Position numbers and translations under genes: made by a program | Notes under the pieces: generated by a model | Databases searched by the model: none | Seen by the model: the letters and a program-made list of their open reading frames with translations, nothing else | What the model was told of the DNA's origin: nothing | Source: Aquificaceae bacterium | GTDB lineage: Bacteria > Aquificota > Aquificia > Aquificales > Aquificaceae | Assembly: GCA_037924335.1 (NCBI GenBank) | Contig: JAXSMZ010000007.1 | Span: forward strand, 34,027-53,277 | DNA: 19,251 nt | Reading direction: 5' to 3' | Part shown: positions 1 to 8,617 of the stretch, one piece after another | How positions within the stretch are numbered: the first letter of the stretch is position 1 | How the letters are laid out: every line of letters begins with the position of its first letter

Positions 1-103
1 CGAAGAAGAATCCGTAAGGATCGCTCTTCAAAAGCAGCGCGTTCCCATACTGCGACTTGATCTCGAATTTGTAGAGCACGCCTTCCGGGAGCTCGGGGAT
101 GAA
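1..103 (-). other. glgB: Internal fragment of a 1,4-alpha-glucan branching enzyme (GlgB, CBM48 region), compositionally foreign; runs off the window edge
   Basis: Manual minus-strand translation from 103 gives FIPELPEGVLYKFEIKSQYGNALLLKSDPYGFFF, matching the GlgB pattern (WE)xFIP...G..YKFEI....G..LLK(S/A)DPY(G/A)F. 53 of the first 100 nt are G+C, 27 of 34 codons end in G/C, and there are 10 CpG in 100 nt, unlike the rest of the window. Confidence 0.8.
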
Positions 104-810
104 ATGGGAAAATTGTAATGGATGAGCTTGTCTTGAAACTTCGTAAGTTTTGCCACGTGCTGTCCGTCTGCCCAGAAGTCTCTATAGGCTTTGGTGTTCC
201 AAGAAACAGAATAGTTCTTTACAGAGAAGATAACGCTTTTAGGCTTTTCCAACCTTCCAGTGGGCTTGACCTCACAGAAAGGATGGTTGAGTTCTCCATG
301 AACTTTATAAAGAGCTTAACCCATGTGGATGGCTTTCTTTTGAAGAGTAAATCGCCATCCTGCGGTGTTTCTGGAACCTTGGTCTATAGGAGTAAAGAAG
401 ATAAGCGTGCAAGATTGAAAGGTAAAGGATTATTTGCTATGGAGATAATCAAAGCCTTTCCTCTTTTACCAGTTGAAGATGAAAGGAGGCTAAAGGATCC
501 AAAAAGAAGGGAGCACTTCCTTATTAGACTCTTCTCCGCAGCAAATTTAAGAGAAACATTGGAGAGGGCAGAAAGCGTGAAAGACTTGGCAGAGTTTCAC
601 GAAAGCTATAAGTCTTTGCTTTTGGTTTACTCAAAAGAGAAGCTCATCAGAATGGAAAGACTGATAAAAGAGGGTGAAGACCTAAACAGCATAAAGGAGG
701 ATTATAGAAGGCTTTTTTTGAGTGCCATGAGGAGAAGGCCATCCAAAGAGAAGCGTGAAAAGGTATTGCTCCACACGCTACCATTTCCAGAGGAGCTTTG
801 CTATGCTTAA
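103..810 (+). CDS. DUF523/DUF1722 (YbgA / 2-thiouracil desulfurase-like) protein, 5'-truncated at the junction near 103
   Basis: Family motifs CPEVSIGFGVPR, LKSKSPSCG, GKGLFA, PLLPVEDE and C-terminal PFPEEL. The frame extends upstream of ATG118 as NGKIV to a TGA at 100-102. The family's N-terminal SACL...RY(N/D)G segment is missing. Confidence 0.75.
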   Translation, partial: NGKIVMDELVLKLRKFCHVLSVCPEVSIGFGVPRNRIVLYREDNAFRLFQPSSGLDLTERMVEFSMNFIKSLTHVDGFLLKSKSPSCGVSGTLVYRSKEDKRARLKGKGLFAMEIIKAFPLLPVEDERRLKDPKRREHFLIRLFSAANLRETLERAESVKDLAEFHESYKSLLLVYSKEKLIRMERLIKEGEDLNSIKEDYRRLFLSAMRRRPSKEKREKVLLHTLPFPEELCYA

Positions 811-1396
811 GGTGGGTTTGACTGGCAACCTGGGATGTGGTAAGTCCACCGTAGCCAAAATGTTCAAAGAACTCTCTCTATACGTCTTCGATGCAGATGA
901 GATAATAAGAGGTTTCTATGAGGAAAAGGGGGAGGTATACAGAAAGCTGGTAGAAGCATTTGGAGATAGCATATTGGACAGTGAGGGAAACATAGACAGA
1001 AAGAAGCTATCCAGCGTTGTTTTCATGGACAGAGAAAAGCTCAGGCTTCTTGAGAACATAACGCACAGAGCTTTGTATGAAAAGCTTGAAAAAGATTTTA
1101 AAAGGCTTCCAGAGGATACTGTAGTTATAGTGGAGGCAACACTTCTCATAGAGAAGGGGACTTATAAAGATTACGATAAGCTGATCGTTGTATATGCACC
1201 CTATGAGATATGCAAAAGGAGAGCCATATTGAAAGGGATCTCTGAGGAAGATTTTGAAAGAAGATGGGCTCATCAGATGCCCATAGAAGAAAAGCTTAAA
1301 TATGCCGATTTTATCATAGACAACTCTGGAAGTATAGAGGAGACTAAAGAGCAGGTCAAAAGGGTTTATCAGGAGCTTAAACTCTCGGCCAAGTAG
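803..1396 (+). CDS. coaE: Dephospho-CoA kinase
   Basis: MLKVGLTGNLGCGKST P-loop, DAD motif, IDRKKL and ADFIIDNSG. Start moved to ATG803, which follows an AGAGGAG Shine-Dalgarno at 789-795. Confidence 0.95.
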   Translation: MLKVGLTGNLGCGKSTVAKMFKELSLYVFDADEIIRGFYEEKGEVYRKLVEAFGDSILDSEGNIDRKKLSSVVFMDREKLRLLENITHRALYEKLEKDFKRLPEDTVVIVEATLLIEKGTYKDYDKLIVVYAPYEICKRRAILKGISEEDFERRWAHQMPIEEKLKYADFIIDNSGSIEETKEQVKRVYQELKLSAK

Positions 1397-2559
1397 TCTG
1401 CAAGGTGCATAACCTTCTGCCCTGTTCTGTGCTTTTTGCTTCCATCCTTTAGGTTGAGAACACATCCTGGACAGGCAGTTAGTACAATCTCAGCTCCAGT
1501 GTTTTTAAGGTCTTGAATCTTTTCTCTCTGTATCTGGTCTGACATAGTTGGGTTTGTTATGGAAAAAAGGCCAGCGAAACCACAACAGGACTTATCCCTT
1601 TCTGCCCTTTTTACTTTAGCATTCTCAACAGACTCCATTAGGGAATAGAAGACTTCATCCTTTACCTTCATGGCACTGTAAGAGTGACAAGGAACATGAA
1701 AGGTTATGCTCTCTCCACGCCCCTTAAACTTTGGAAGGTCTTTATAGAGTATTTGGGCAAAGTCATAAACTTCCTTTATCCCATAGTCCTCCTGAAGTGC
1801 ACCGCCACAAGTGGGACAGGCAACTACAATGGCATCAAAGTCCCATCTATTGATCTCTTTCATATTATGCTCTTTTAGTTTTTCAAAGGCTTCTTTGTTG
1901 CCCGAGTAGTAGTGAGGTGCACCGCAGCATTTTATATCCTTTGGAACCACAACCGTATAGCCCACCTTGTTGAGTAACTTTATAACATTCTCTCCAGTCT
2001 TACCATAGAAGGCATCTATCATGCATCCAGTAAAGAAAAGAAGCTTACCTTTCTCTTCTTTGCTTTTAAAGACCTTCCCCCTAAGGTCGAAGGCTTTAGC
2101 AGATGGTTTTGGCATAAACTTCACAGCACCCGTTGGAAAAGGGACTTTTATCTCTTGAACTGGAAGAAGGTTGGTTAAGCTTCCTACAAGCTTTACCGCT
2201 TTCCTTCCCACCTTTGACTGTATGATCTCTAAGCTTTTGAGCCCAGCCTTCTTTAAAAAACCTATCCCAAGCCTTTCTTTCTGTATATGCTTAGCTTCTA
2301 CCATTATCTCTTTGTAATGCACGTTGTTGGGACATATCCATTCGCACCTTCTGCACATAGCACATTCATCCCACTGTTTTGTTACCTCATCGTTAAGAGG
2401 TAGCTCTCCACTTAATACCATCTGGGCAAGAACTAACCTTCCTCTTGCAAAGCTTCCCTCCTCTTCCTTTGTTGGATAGGTGGGGCACACTGACTTACAT
2501 AATCCGCATTTAACGCACTTTTGAATCAGGTCTGGGGGAATTTCAACAAGCCTTTCCAT
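1369..2559 (-). CDS. Fe-S binding oxidoreductase subunit, GlcF/heterodisulfide-reductase-like (two 4Fe-4S ferredoxin motifs plus two CCG domains)
   Basis: CVKCGLCKSVCP and CAMCRRCEWICP; FFTGC...CCG...CPTC; HVPCH...CCGFAG...ACPGC. Start likely ATG2559 (MERLVEIPP) rather than the TTG at 2610. Confidence 0.88.
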   Translation of the reverse strand: MERLVEIPPDLIQKCVKCGLCKSVCPTYPTKEEEGSFARGRLVLAQMVLSGELPLNDEVTKQWDECAMCRRCEWICPNNVHYKEIMVEAKHIQKERLGIGFLKKAGLKSLEIIQSKVGRKAVKLVGSLTNLLPVQEIKVPFPTGAVKFMPKPSAKAFDLRGKVFKSKEEKGKLLFFTGCMIDAFYGKTGENVIKLLNKVGYTVVVPKDIKCCGAPHYYSGNKEAFEKLKEHNMKEINRWDFDAIVVACPTCGGALQEDYGIKEVYDFAQILYKDLPKFKGRGESITFHVPCHSYSAMKVKDEVFYSLMESVENAKVKRAERDKSCCGFAGLFSITNPTMSDQIQREKIQDLKNTGAEIVLTACPGCVLNLKDGSKKHRTGQKVMHLADYLAESLSS

Positions 2560-2606
2560 ATTGTTGATAAATATAAATTCCTCTGAACTCTTTCCTATGA
2601 TGCATC

Positions 2607-3095
2607 TCAATAAAATGGTTTCACTACAAGCTCTTTATCGTTTAAAGAAACATAAAAAAACTCTGGTATTCCACTAAAATCCTTATAAAGATCGCCATCT
2701 TTGTACGCTCTTACAGTAAAATTTTCAAACTTTCCCAGTTTTATTAGTTTATCCTCCTCATAGAATTCTATGCTTCCATAGGGATATGGGAACTCATAGT
2801 AATAAAGGATCGGTTTTTTGTATATGAAAGCGCACTTTACAATACCTTCGTAATAATCTCCCGCAGATGTTATCATAAAAATATTATCTTTGTCCAGGAC
2901 TACATACTTTGAGGAGATAATTTTCCTTTGTATGTTCCAAAGGAGAAGAATGTCCTGTTTTAGATTCTCCCCGTCCTTTGTAATGTCAAGGGAAGAACTT
3001 ATGGAAGAGTAAAAGGTATAGGAAAGAAGGCCAAAAAGGAGACCAAGCGTCAGAAGGGTTATTAGTATCTCTAAAAGAGTAAAGCCTCTTTTCAT
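2607..3095 (-). CDS. Minor pseudopilin with prepilin N-methylation motif (GspJ-like)
   Basis: MKRG|FTLLEILI prepilin cleavage site followed by a hydrophobic helix; third gene of a pseudopilin cluster. Confidence 0.8.
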   Translation of the reverse strand: MKRGFTLLEILITLLTLGLLFGLLSYTFYSSISSSLDITKDGENLKQDILLLWNIQRKIISSKYVVLDKDNIFMITSAGDYYEGIVKCAFIYKKPILYYYEFPYPYGSIEFYEEDKLIKLGKFENFTVRAYKDGDLYKDFSGIPEFFYVSLNDKELVVKPFY

Positions 3096-3379
3096 CTCTT
3101 CAGAGTGTATTGGTAAATGATGGCTCTCTGGTAAGAGTATACTATCTCCCTTACGCTTGGGTAGTCCTTTAGGTCATGCTCTCTTATCTCTATGTCCTTC
3201 CTGTTCTGTGTGAGTATTCTGTTGCTCAGAGTCAAAAAGTCCCTGCAGAGGCTCCCGTCGCGCTCGTAATCTCTCCTTGCCTTCGATAGGACTTCAAAAA
3301 GAACACTAAACCCTACAGAAAGTATGAAGAGAGCTATGAGCACCTCTAAAAGGGTAAAACCTCTATATTTTCCATACAT
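3092..3379 (-). CDS. Short minor pseudopilin (GspI-like)
   Basis: RG|FTLLEVLIALFILSVG prepilin motif; 95 aa; overlaps both neighbouring pseudopilin genes. Confidence 0.8.
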   Translation of the reverse strand: MYGKYRGFTLLEVLIALFILSVGFSVLFEVLSKARRDYERDGSLCRDFLTLSNRILTQNRKDIEIREHDLKDYPSVREIVYSYQRAIIYQYTLKR

Positions 3380-3770
3380 CTATGTCGTCTTCTGTCCCTT
3401 CCTGACCATCTGGTCCTAAAGACTTCAGTTCAAAAGGATGGCCAACCCCGGGTGATATGTATATAAAGTCCCTATCCCAGCCGTCCTTGGGCATTTTATC
3501 CATGTACTGTCTCCACCTTGATGGTACTGGCGCAGTGGCAGGTTTTTCTACAAGTGCTTTCAGCCCTTGCTCAGTTGTAGGATAAAACCCGTTGTCTAAC
3601 TTGTACTGTTCTAAAGCGTCCTTTATTGCCTTAAGCTGAACTTTAGTTGTCTCTATCTTTGCTTCCTCCACTCTTCCAGTGATGCGTGGTATAACTATTG
3701 CGGCAAGGAGTCCCAGTATGACTATTACCACCAGAAGTTCTATGAGAGTAAAGCCCTTTTTCATAGACAT
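3363..3770 (-). CDS. gspG: Type II secretion major pseudopilin
   Basis: KG|FTLIELLVVIVILGLLAA, ALEQYKLDNGFYPTTEQGLKALV, PKDGW and the SLGPDGQEGTEDDI Ca-binding C-terminus. Confidence 0.93.
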   Translation of the reverse strand: MSMKKGFTLIELLVVIVILGLLAAIVIPRITGRVEEAKIETTKVQLKAIKDALEQYKLDNGFYPTTEQGLKALVEKPATAPVPSRWRQYMDKMPKDGWDRDFIYISPGVGHPFELKSLGPDGQEGTEDDIDVWKI

Positions 3771-3771
3771 A

Positions 3772-6051
3772 TTATACCCTCACAGCATACTCTTCTCTAA
3801 GCTCCCGTGAAACTTCAACCATATTTTTCAAAGATGGTATTACTTCTTCCCATCTCCTCGTTTTCAGTCCACAGTCTGGGTTTATCCATAGTAGCTCCTT
3901 CGGTAGCACTCTCATAGCCCGTTCCATAACAGACCTTATGCTCTCTTTTGTTGGAACAGCTGGAGAGTGAATGTCATAGACACCTATGCCTATCTGTCTG
4001 TCCCAACTTTTTAACCTTTCAAAGGCTTGAATGATCTCCCCTTTGCTCCTGGATGCCTCTATGGATATAACATCAAAGTCCATCTGGTATATGTGGTCTA
4101 TAACTTCGTTAAACTCGCTGTAACACATGTGAGTGTGTATCTGAGTTTCTGGCTTAGCCCTTGAGCACAGCCTAAAGGCTTTTACAGCCCAGCGGAAGTA
4201 CTCAGCCCAATTCCTTCTTTTTATGGGAGCTCCTTCTCTAAAAGCGGGTTCATCTATCTGTATGACCTTTATTCCAGCACTTTCTAGGTCTTTTACCTCG
4301 TCCAGAAGGGCAAGGGCTATCTGATATGCTATTTCTTCCTTGGATACGTCATCCCTGTAATAGCTCCAGTTTAGGATGGTTACTGGTCCTGTGAGCATTC
4401 CTTTAACTGGCTTCTGTGTGAGCGATTGAGCGTAGGTTATCTCTTCTAACGTCATAGGGAGTGGCCTGGAAATGTCTCCGTATATGATGGGGGGTCTGTA
4501 AACCCTTGAACCGTAAGATATAACCCAGCCATGCTTTGTAGTAGCTATACCATCAAGCTTTTGAGCAAAGAACTCTACCATATCTGTCCTTTCAAACTCA
4601 CCATGAACTAACACATCAAGGTCTATCTCTTCTTGAACTTGTATTACTTTCTTTATCTGCTCTTTGATGAAGTTCTTGTAGTTTTCTTCCGAAACCTTTC
4701 CAGATGCATAAGCTGCTCTTGTCTTTCTTACCTCCTCTGTTTGTGGGAAAGAGCCTATGGTTGTTGTTGGGAAGAGAGGAAGCTTTAAAACCTCTTGCTG
4801 GACTTTTATCCTTTCAGTGTAAGGAGCATCCCGCATAAAATCTTTTTCTGAAAGCTTTTTGAGCCTTTCCCTTACCTCCTGCTTTATACCAAAGGGGGAA
4901 GAAAGAAGTTTTTGAAGTTCTTCAGCCTGCTTTAGGGCTTCGATTCTCCCCTCAACCACTTGTTTTATAAGATTTAGCTCAAGGAGTTTTTCTTTTGCAA
5001 AGGATAACCTTTCTTTTAAACCTTCTGGCAGATTCTCCTCTATTTCAACTGTTAAAGGAAGGTGAAAGAGGGGGCAGGAGTTGGATACTATCAGACTGTC
5101 AGAAACTTTAAGAAGGTTCTCTATAAGCTTTATCCTTTGCTTTATATCTGCCTTCCAAACCTGCCTGCCGTTTATAATGCCAGCTATTAGAGTTTTCCCC
5201 TTAGGAAAACCTAAGCCGAGCAAGTTTTCAATGTTCTCTTGGTTGGATAGTAGGTCAAAGCCAAGAGCCTTTACAGATAGGTCAACAAACCTTTTGTAGT
5301 CAGAGACACTATCGTAGTATGTTATGAGATATATGTCCGTTAACTTTCCAAGGCTTTTGTAGACTTGACTGACCATATCCCATTCCCATTCTTCAAGCTC
5401 GTAGCAGAGAGCTGGGTCTTCTACCATTATGCCTTTTACTCCTGCTTGATGCAACTGCCTTATGACCTCTTCGTAAACCTTAAGCAAGGCGTCCATGTAC
5501 CTTTCCATATCCTCCTGGGATTCAATCTTAGAAAGCTCGTAGAGAGGTATATGCGATGCATCAACCCTCTTGAGGACCTTAGAGAGCTTTAGAAAGGTAA
5601 AGGGTGATACGAGCCTTGGGAGGGTTTCCACTCCTCTGTTTTTAAAGTAAATATAGTCCTCTAAGGGATAATTCTTTAGAAGCTTGAAGTTTGGTCCTTC
5701 CAGCTCCGGTACCAGATAGTGGTAATTGGTGTTGAAGTACTTGGTCATTTCAAGAGCATTTCTCCCCCTTGCCATCTGAAAATAAGTTTCAAGCCCCTTA
5801 TACTCTCCAAACCTTGAAGGAATAGCTCCAACCATTACTGCCGTATCTAGAACAAAGTCATAGTAGGAGAGCTCGTTAGATGGGAAAATATCCACGTTAT
5901 CCTTGTAATTTTTAATCATCCAGTCTTTCAGAGAATCTACTCCAGCTTTAAAATCCCCCTCAGACACCTTCCCACTCCAAAAACCTTCAAGAAGGCTTTT
6001 AAACTCTCTTTTATTCCCCAGCTTGGGAAATCCATAAGCCATTGTTTTCAT
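3772..6051 (-). CDS. metE: Cobalamin-independent methionine synthase
   Basis: [47 protein letters not shown] and NPDCGLKTR. Start ATG6051 with a GGAGGT Shine-Dalgarno at 6062-6057. Confidence 0.97.
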   Translation of the reverse strand: MKTMAYGFPKLGNKREFKSLLEGFWSGKVSEGDFKAGVDSLKDWMIKNYKDNVDIFPSNELSYYDFVLDTAVMVGAIPSRFGEYKGLETYFQMARGRNALEMTKYFNTNYHYLVPELEGPNFKLLKNYPLEDYIYFKNRGVETLPRLVSPFTFLKLSKVLKRVDASHIPLYELSKIESQEDMERYMDALLKVYEEVIRQLHQAGVKGIMVEDPALCYELEEWEWDMVSQVYKSLGKLTDIYLITYYDSVSDYKRFVDLSVKALGFDLLSNQENIENLLGLGFPKGKTLIAGIINGRQVWKADIKQRIKLIENLLKVSDSLIVSNSCPLFHLPLTVEIEENLPEGLKERLSFAKEKLLELNLIKQVVEGRIEALKQAEELQKLLSSPFGIKQEVRERLKKLSEKDFMRDAPYTERIKVQQEVLKLPLFPTTTIGSFPQTEEVRKTRAAYASGKVSEENYKNFIKEQIKKVIQVQEEIDLDVLVHGEFERTDMVEFFAQKLDGIATTKHGWVISYGSRVYRPPIIYGDISRPLPMTLEEITYAQSLTQKPVKGMLTGPVTILNWSYYRDDVSKEEIAYQIALALLDEVKDLESAGIKVIQIDEPAFREGAPIKRRNWAEYFRWAVKAFRLCSRAKPETQIHTHMCYSEFNEVIDHIYQMDFDVISIEASRSKGEIIQAFERLKSWDRQIGIGVYDIHSPAVPTKESIRSVMERAMRVLPKELLWINPDCGLKTRRWEEVIPSLKNMVEVSRELREEYAVRV

Positions 6052-6084
6052 ATCATACCTCCACAAACTTGGTAAGCTTTAAAT

Positions 6085-6092
6085 ATTATAAT
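6085..6092. promoter_or_regulatory. Palindromic ATTATAAT: overlapping -10 boxes serving divergent metE and the hypothetical-ispD unit
   Basis: TATAAT on + at 6087-6092, 7 nt before ATG6100, and on - at 6090-6085. Confidence 0.65.
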
Positions 6093-6099
6093 AATGTTT

Positions 6100-6441
6100 A
6101 TGAGCGTTAGGCATAAGGTAAGGGAGCATGTGGAAAAGCTCTTTGAATCCATAAGAGAGGCAGCTGGGAAAGGAAAGCATACTGTTTATGTTGTCTACAC
6201 AAAGGATATGGAAGACTTGGAACTCATAGATACAGAACTTGATTTTTCGGATATGGATGATACAAAGAAGTTCTTAGAAAAGACGACACGTGAAGCTTTG
6301 GAGAAGCAGGTCAGGGGTTTTGACCTTCTGACCATGGTTCTTGACAAGGATGGTCTTTACATATTTTCTTCAGAAGAAACACTGTCAGGAAGTTTAAAGG
6401 AGGATATCACCAGAAGGATAGAAGAGTTTAAAGAGGAATGA
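6100..6441 (+). CDS. Hypothetical acidic protein (113 aa; alternative start 6094)
   Basis: Open frame with host-like codons. Its stop overlaps the ispD start (ATGA). No motif recognised. Confidence 0.75.
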   Translation: MSVRHKVREHVEKLFESIREAAGKGKHTVYVVYTKDMEDLELIDTELDFSDMDDTKKFLEKTTREALEKQVRGFDLLTMVLDKDGLYIFSSEETLSGSLKEDITRRIEEFKEE

Positions 6442-7097
6442 TAAGCGTCATCTTGCTATCTGCTGGAGAGGGTAAGCGTTTTGGTGGAAAAAAACAGTTT
6501 ATAAGGGTGGCTGGCAAACCTATGTATATGTACTCTTTAGAAAGGGTTATGGGAAAGTTCGATGATATCCTTTTGGTGTTGCCGGAGGAAGACATAGAGA
6601 GGATAAAGCTTCCACCGAGTGTAAAGAAGGTTAAAGGGGGAAAGGAGAGGCAGGACTCAGTGCTTGAAGGGCTTCTTCAGGCAAAGGGGGATACAGTTAT
6701 CATTCATGATTGTGCAAGACCCCTTGCATCCGAAGAACTTTTTGAAAAAGTTTCAAGGCTCGAAGGTCATCATGGAAAGATAACGGCAGTACCCGCAAGG
6801 GATACTCTAAAGGAGGTTGCCGACGGCATGGTTGTAAGAACCCTTGAGAGAAGAAACCTATGGCATGCACAAACACCTCAAGCCTTTGAGAGAAGGGTTC
6901 TTCTTGAATGCCATTTTAGAGCCAGAAGTGAAGGTTTTTATTCTACTGATGACTCATCACTTTTGGAGAGGTATGGCTACAAAGTTGGGATAGTTGAAGG
7001 TTCCATTTGGAACATAAAAGTCACCTATCCAGAAGATTTAAATTTGGTTGGACTGATATTGGAAAGTATGAACAAGGGAATAAGGGAGAGAAGCTGA
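6438..7097 (+). CDS. ispD: 2-C-methyl-D-erythritol 4-phosphate cytidylyltransferase
   Basis: LSAGEGKRFG..KQF, GGKERQDSV, IHDCARP, QTPQAF, TDDSSL and NIKVTYPEDL. Confidence 0.95.
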   Translation: MISVILLSAGEGKRFGGKKQFIRVAGKPMYMYSLERVMGKFDDILLVLPEEDIERIKLPPSVKKVKGGKERQDSVLEGLLQAKGDTVIIHDCARPLASEELFEKVSRLEGHHGKITAVPARDTLKEVADGMVVRTLERRNLWHAQTPQAFERRVLLECHFRARSEGFYSTDDSSLLERYGYKVGIVEGSIWNIKVTYPEDLNLVGLILESMNKGIRERS

Positions 7098-8197
7098 GAA
7101 GACACAGAGAATATAATAAGATATATAAGGGATACTTCATAGAGATAGCCCATAAGGCTACTACCCAAAAACCAGAAAAGGCCATAAAAGAAGTGGAAGA
7201 TTCCAAAAGCTCTCCCTCTTGCTTCTGCTGGAGTGAGTTTAGCTATGGCTGACCTCATTATAGACTCCTGCACCCCCATACCAAAACCCCAAAGGAGCAA
7301 ACCAAAGAGGACAAAAAGCCCACTGTAAGAGAAACAAAATATGGAAAAAAAGGAGGAGATGAGCGTACCTAAAAGTAAAGCACCTATACCGATCCTGTCA
7401 AAGAGAAGGCCAAAGAGCAAGGCGGAGAGAGCATCTATCCCCATAGCAAAGGCATAAAGCAATGGTATCCATTCATCGGTGAATATTGCGTTCTTCTTTA
7501 CATGGAAAGAAACTAGGGCAAAGTCTGCATAACCCATAGCCACCAAAGAGCAGGCAAGTAAGTAAACCCAAAAGGGCATCCTTAAACTATCCGCACGGTA
7601 AACTTCGCTCTTGACAACTGGGTAAGTGTAATTGAGTTTAGTGTATATTAAGGTGATGAGTGCAAAGAGGGCTGGAAGGGACAAAGAGGCTAAAGCTATC
7701 CTATAGCTTCCAAAGCTTAGCATCATTATGCTCACAAAAAGTGGACCAAGCAGAGCACCTATCTGGTCCAAAAGCTCATGAACTCCAAAACCGACCCCAT
7801 GACCAACCCTGCTGGTGACAAAAGAGAGAAGTACATCCCTGGATGGTGTTCTTACAGATTTTCCAAATCTTTCAAACAGGATAAGTAAGCTTGCTGTCTG
7901 CCACCCAGGCGCCAAGGAGAGCAAAGGAACTGAGAAGAGGTTTATTAAATAACCAAGCACAACAATGGACCAGTACTCTTTAGTTCTATCTGCAACATAA
8001 CCGGATATAAGCCTGGCAGCGTAACCTATAAACTCTCCAAAACCAACTATAAAGCCGACCACAAAGGCCGAAGACCCAAGAACAGACATGTAGGGGCCCA
8101 AAATGCCTCTGGCTCCCTCATAGGTCATATCAGCAAGCAAACTGACTATACCAAAGAGAAGGATTAGCCTGTATGCGTGACTTTTTCCTTTGGACAT
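7025..8197 (-). CDS. Major facilitator superfamily transporter
   Basis: About 12 hydrophobic segments; motif-A-like SGYVADR and FGLLFDRIG; N-terminal VSLLADMTYEGAR. Confidence 0.9.
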   Translation of the reverse strand: MSKGKSHAYRLILLFGIVSLLADMTYEGARGILGPYMSVLGSSAFVVGFIVGFGEFIGYAARLISGYVADRTKEYWSIVVLGYLINLFSVPLLSLAPGWQTASLLILFERFGKSVRTPSRDVLLSFVTSRVGHGVGFGVHELLDQIGALLGPLFVSIMMLSFGSYRIALASLSLPALFALITLIYTKLNYTYPVVKSEVYRADSLRMPFWVYLLACSLVAMGYADFALVSFHVKKNAIFTDEWIPLLYAFAMGIDALSALLFGLLFDRIGIGALLLGTLISSFFSIFCFSYSGLFVLFGLLLWGFGMGVQESIMRSAIAKLTPAEARGRAFGIFHFFYGLFWFLGSSLMGYLYEVSLIYLIIFSVSSQLLSLIPLFILSNISPTKFKSSG

Positions 8198-8204
8198 TTG
8201 ATTT

Positions 8205-8214
8205 ATTATAAAAT
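8205..8214. promoter_or_regulatory. Overlapping bidirectional -10 boxes (ATTATAAAAT) between two divergent, probably leaderless genes
   Basis: Minus-strand TATAAT (8210-8205) is 7 nt from ATG8197. Plus-strand TAAAAT (8209-8214) is 6 nt from ATG8221. Confidence 0.6.
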
Positions 8215-8220
8215 TTGAGA

Positions 8221-8595
8221 ATGGAATGGTTAAAGGTAGTTGAACCCCTTTTTATGAACAAGCTTGTACAGTTCTTTGTCTGGATGGCCCTTTTGCATAT
8301 ACTGGCACAGGTTTTTCTTGACAGAAAGTTGGCTTTTTGGGTTGCATCCCTTTCAACTACCTACCTTTGGATAGAGGCTTACGAAGCGATAACACCGTTG
8401 AAGGCATGGAGTTTGATCCTTTCTATCCTTTTTGTTTATCTAATTCTTAAGTCTCTTTTTCACATTAACCTCTTCCTCTATCTGAAGGGGAAGAAAAGGT
8501 GTCCGGCTTGCTTCAGTGAGGTGCATTGGAAGGCAAGGATATGTCCCTATTGTCATCACAGTTTGAAGAAAGTTGAGATAGCGCAGGAGTACTGA
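8221..8595 (+). CDS. Small membrane protein with C-terminal zinc ribbon
   Basis: About three hydrophobic helices followed by CPAC-x10-CPYC. ATG8221 preferred over TTG8215. Confidence 0.75.
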   Translation: MEWLKVVEPLFMNKLVQFFVWMALLHILAQVFLDRKLAFWVASLSTTYLWIEAYEAITPLKAWSLILSILFVYLILKSLFHINLFLYLKGKKRCPACFSEVHWKARICPYCHHSLKKVEIAQEY

Positions 8596-8601
8596 TAAAT
8601 G

Positions 8602-8610
8602 TGTTATAAT
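8602..8610 (+). promoter_or_regulatory. Extended -10 promoter for secG (likely leaderless)
   Basis: TGtTATAAT ends 7 nt before ATG8618; no Shine-Dalgarno in between. Confidence 0.65.
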
Positions 8611-8617
8611 TTAAAGT

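Noticed and set aside
28..252. 74-aa minus-strand ORF in the track
   Set aside because: It spans the chimeric junction and is antisense to the DUF523 gene. The meaningful minus-strand frame is the GlgB one.
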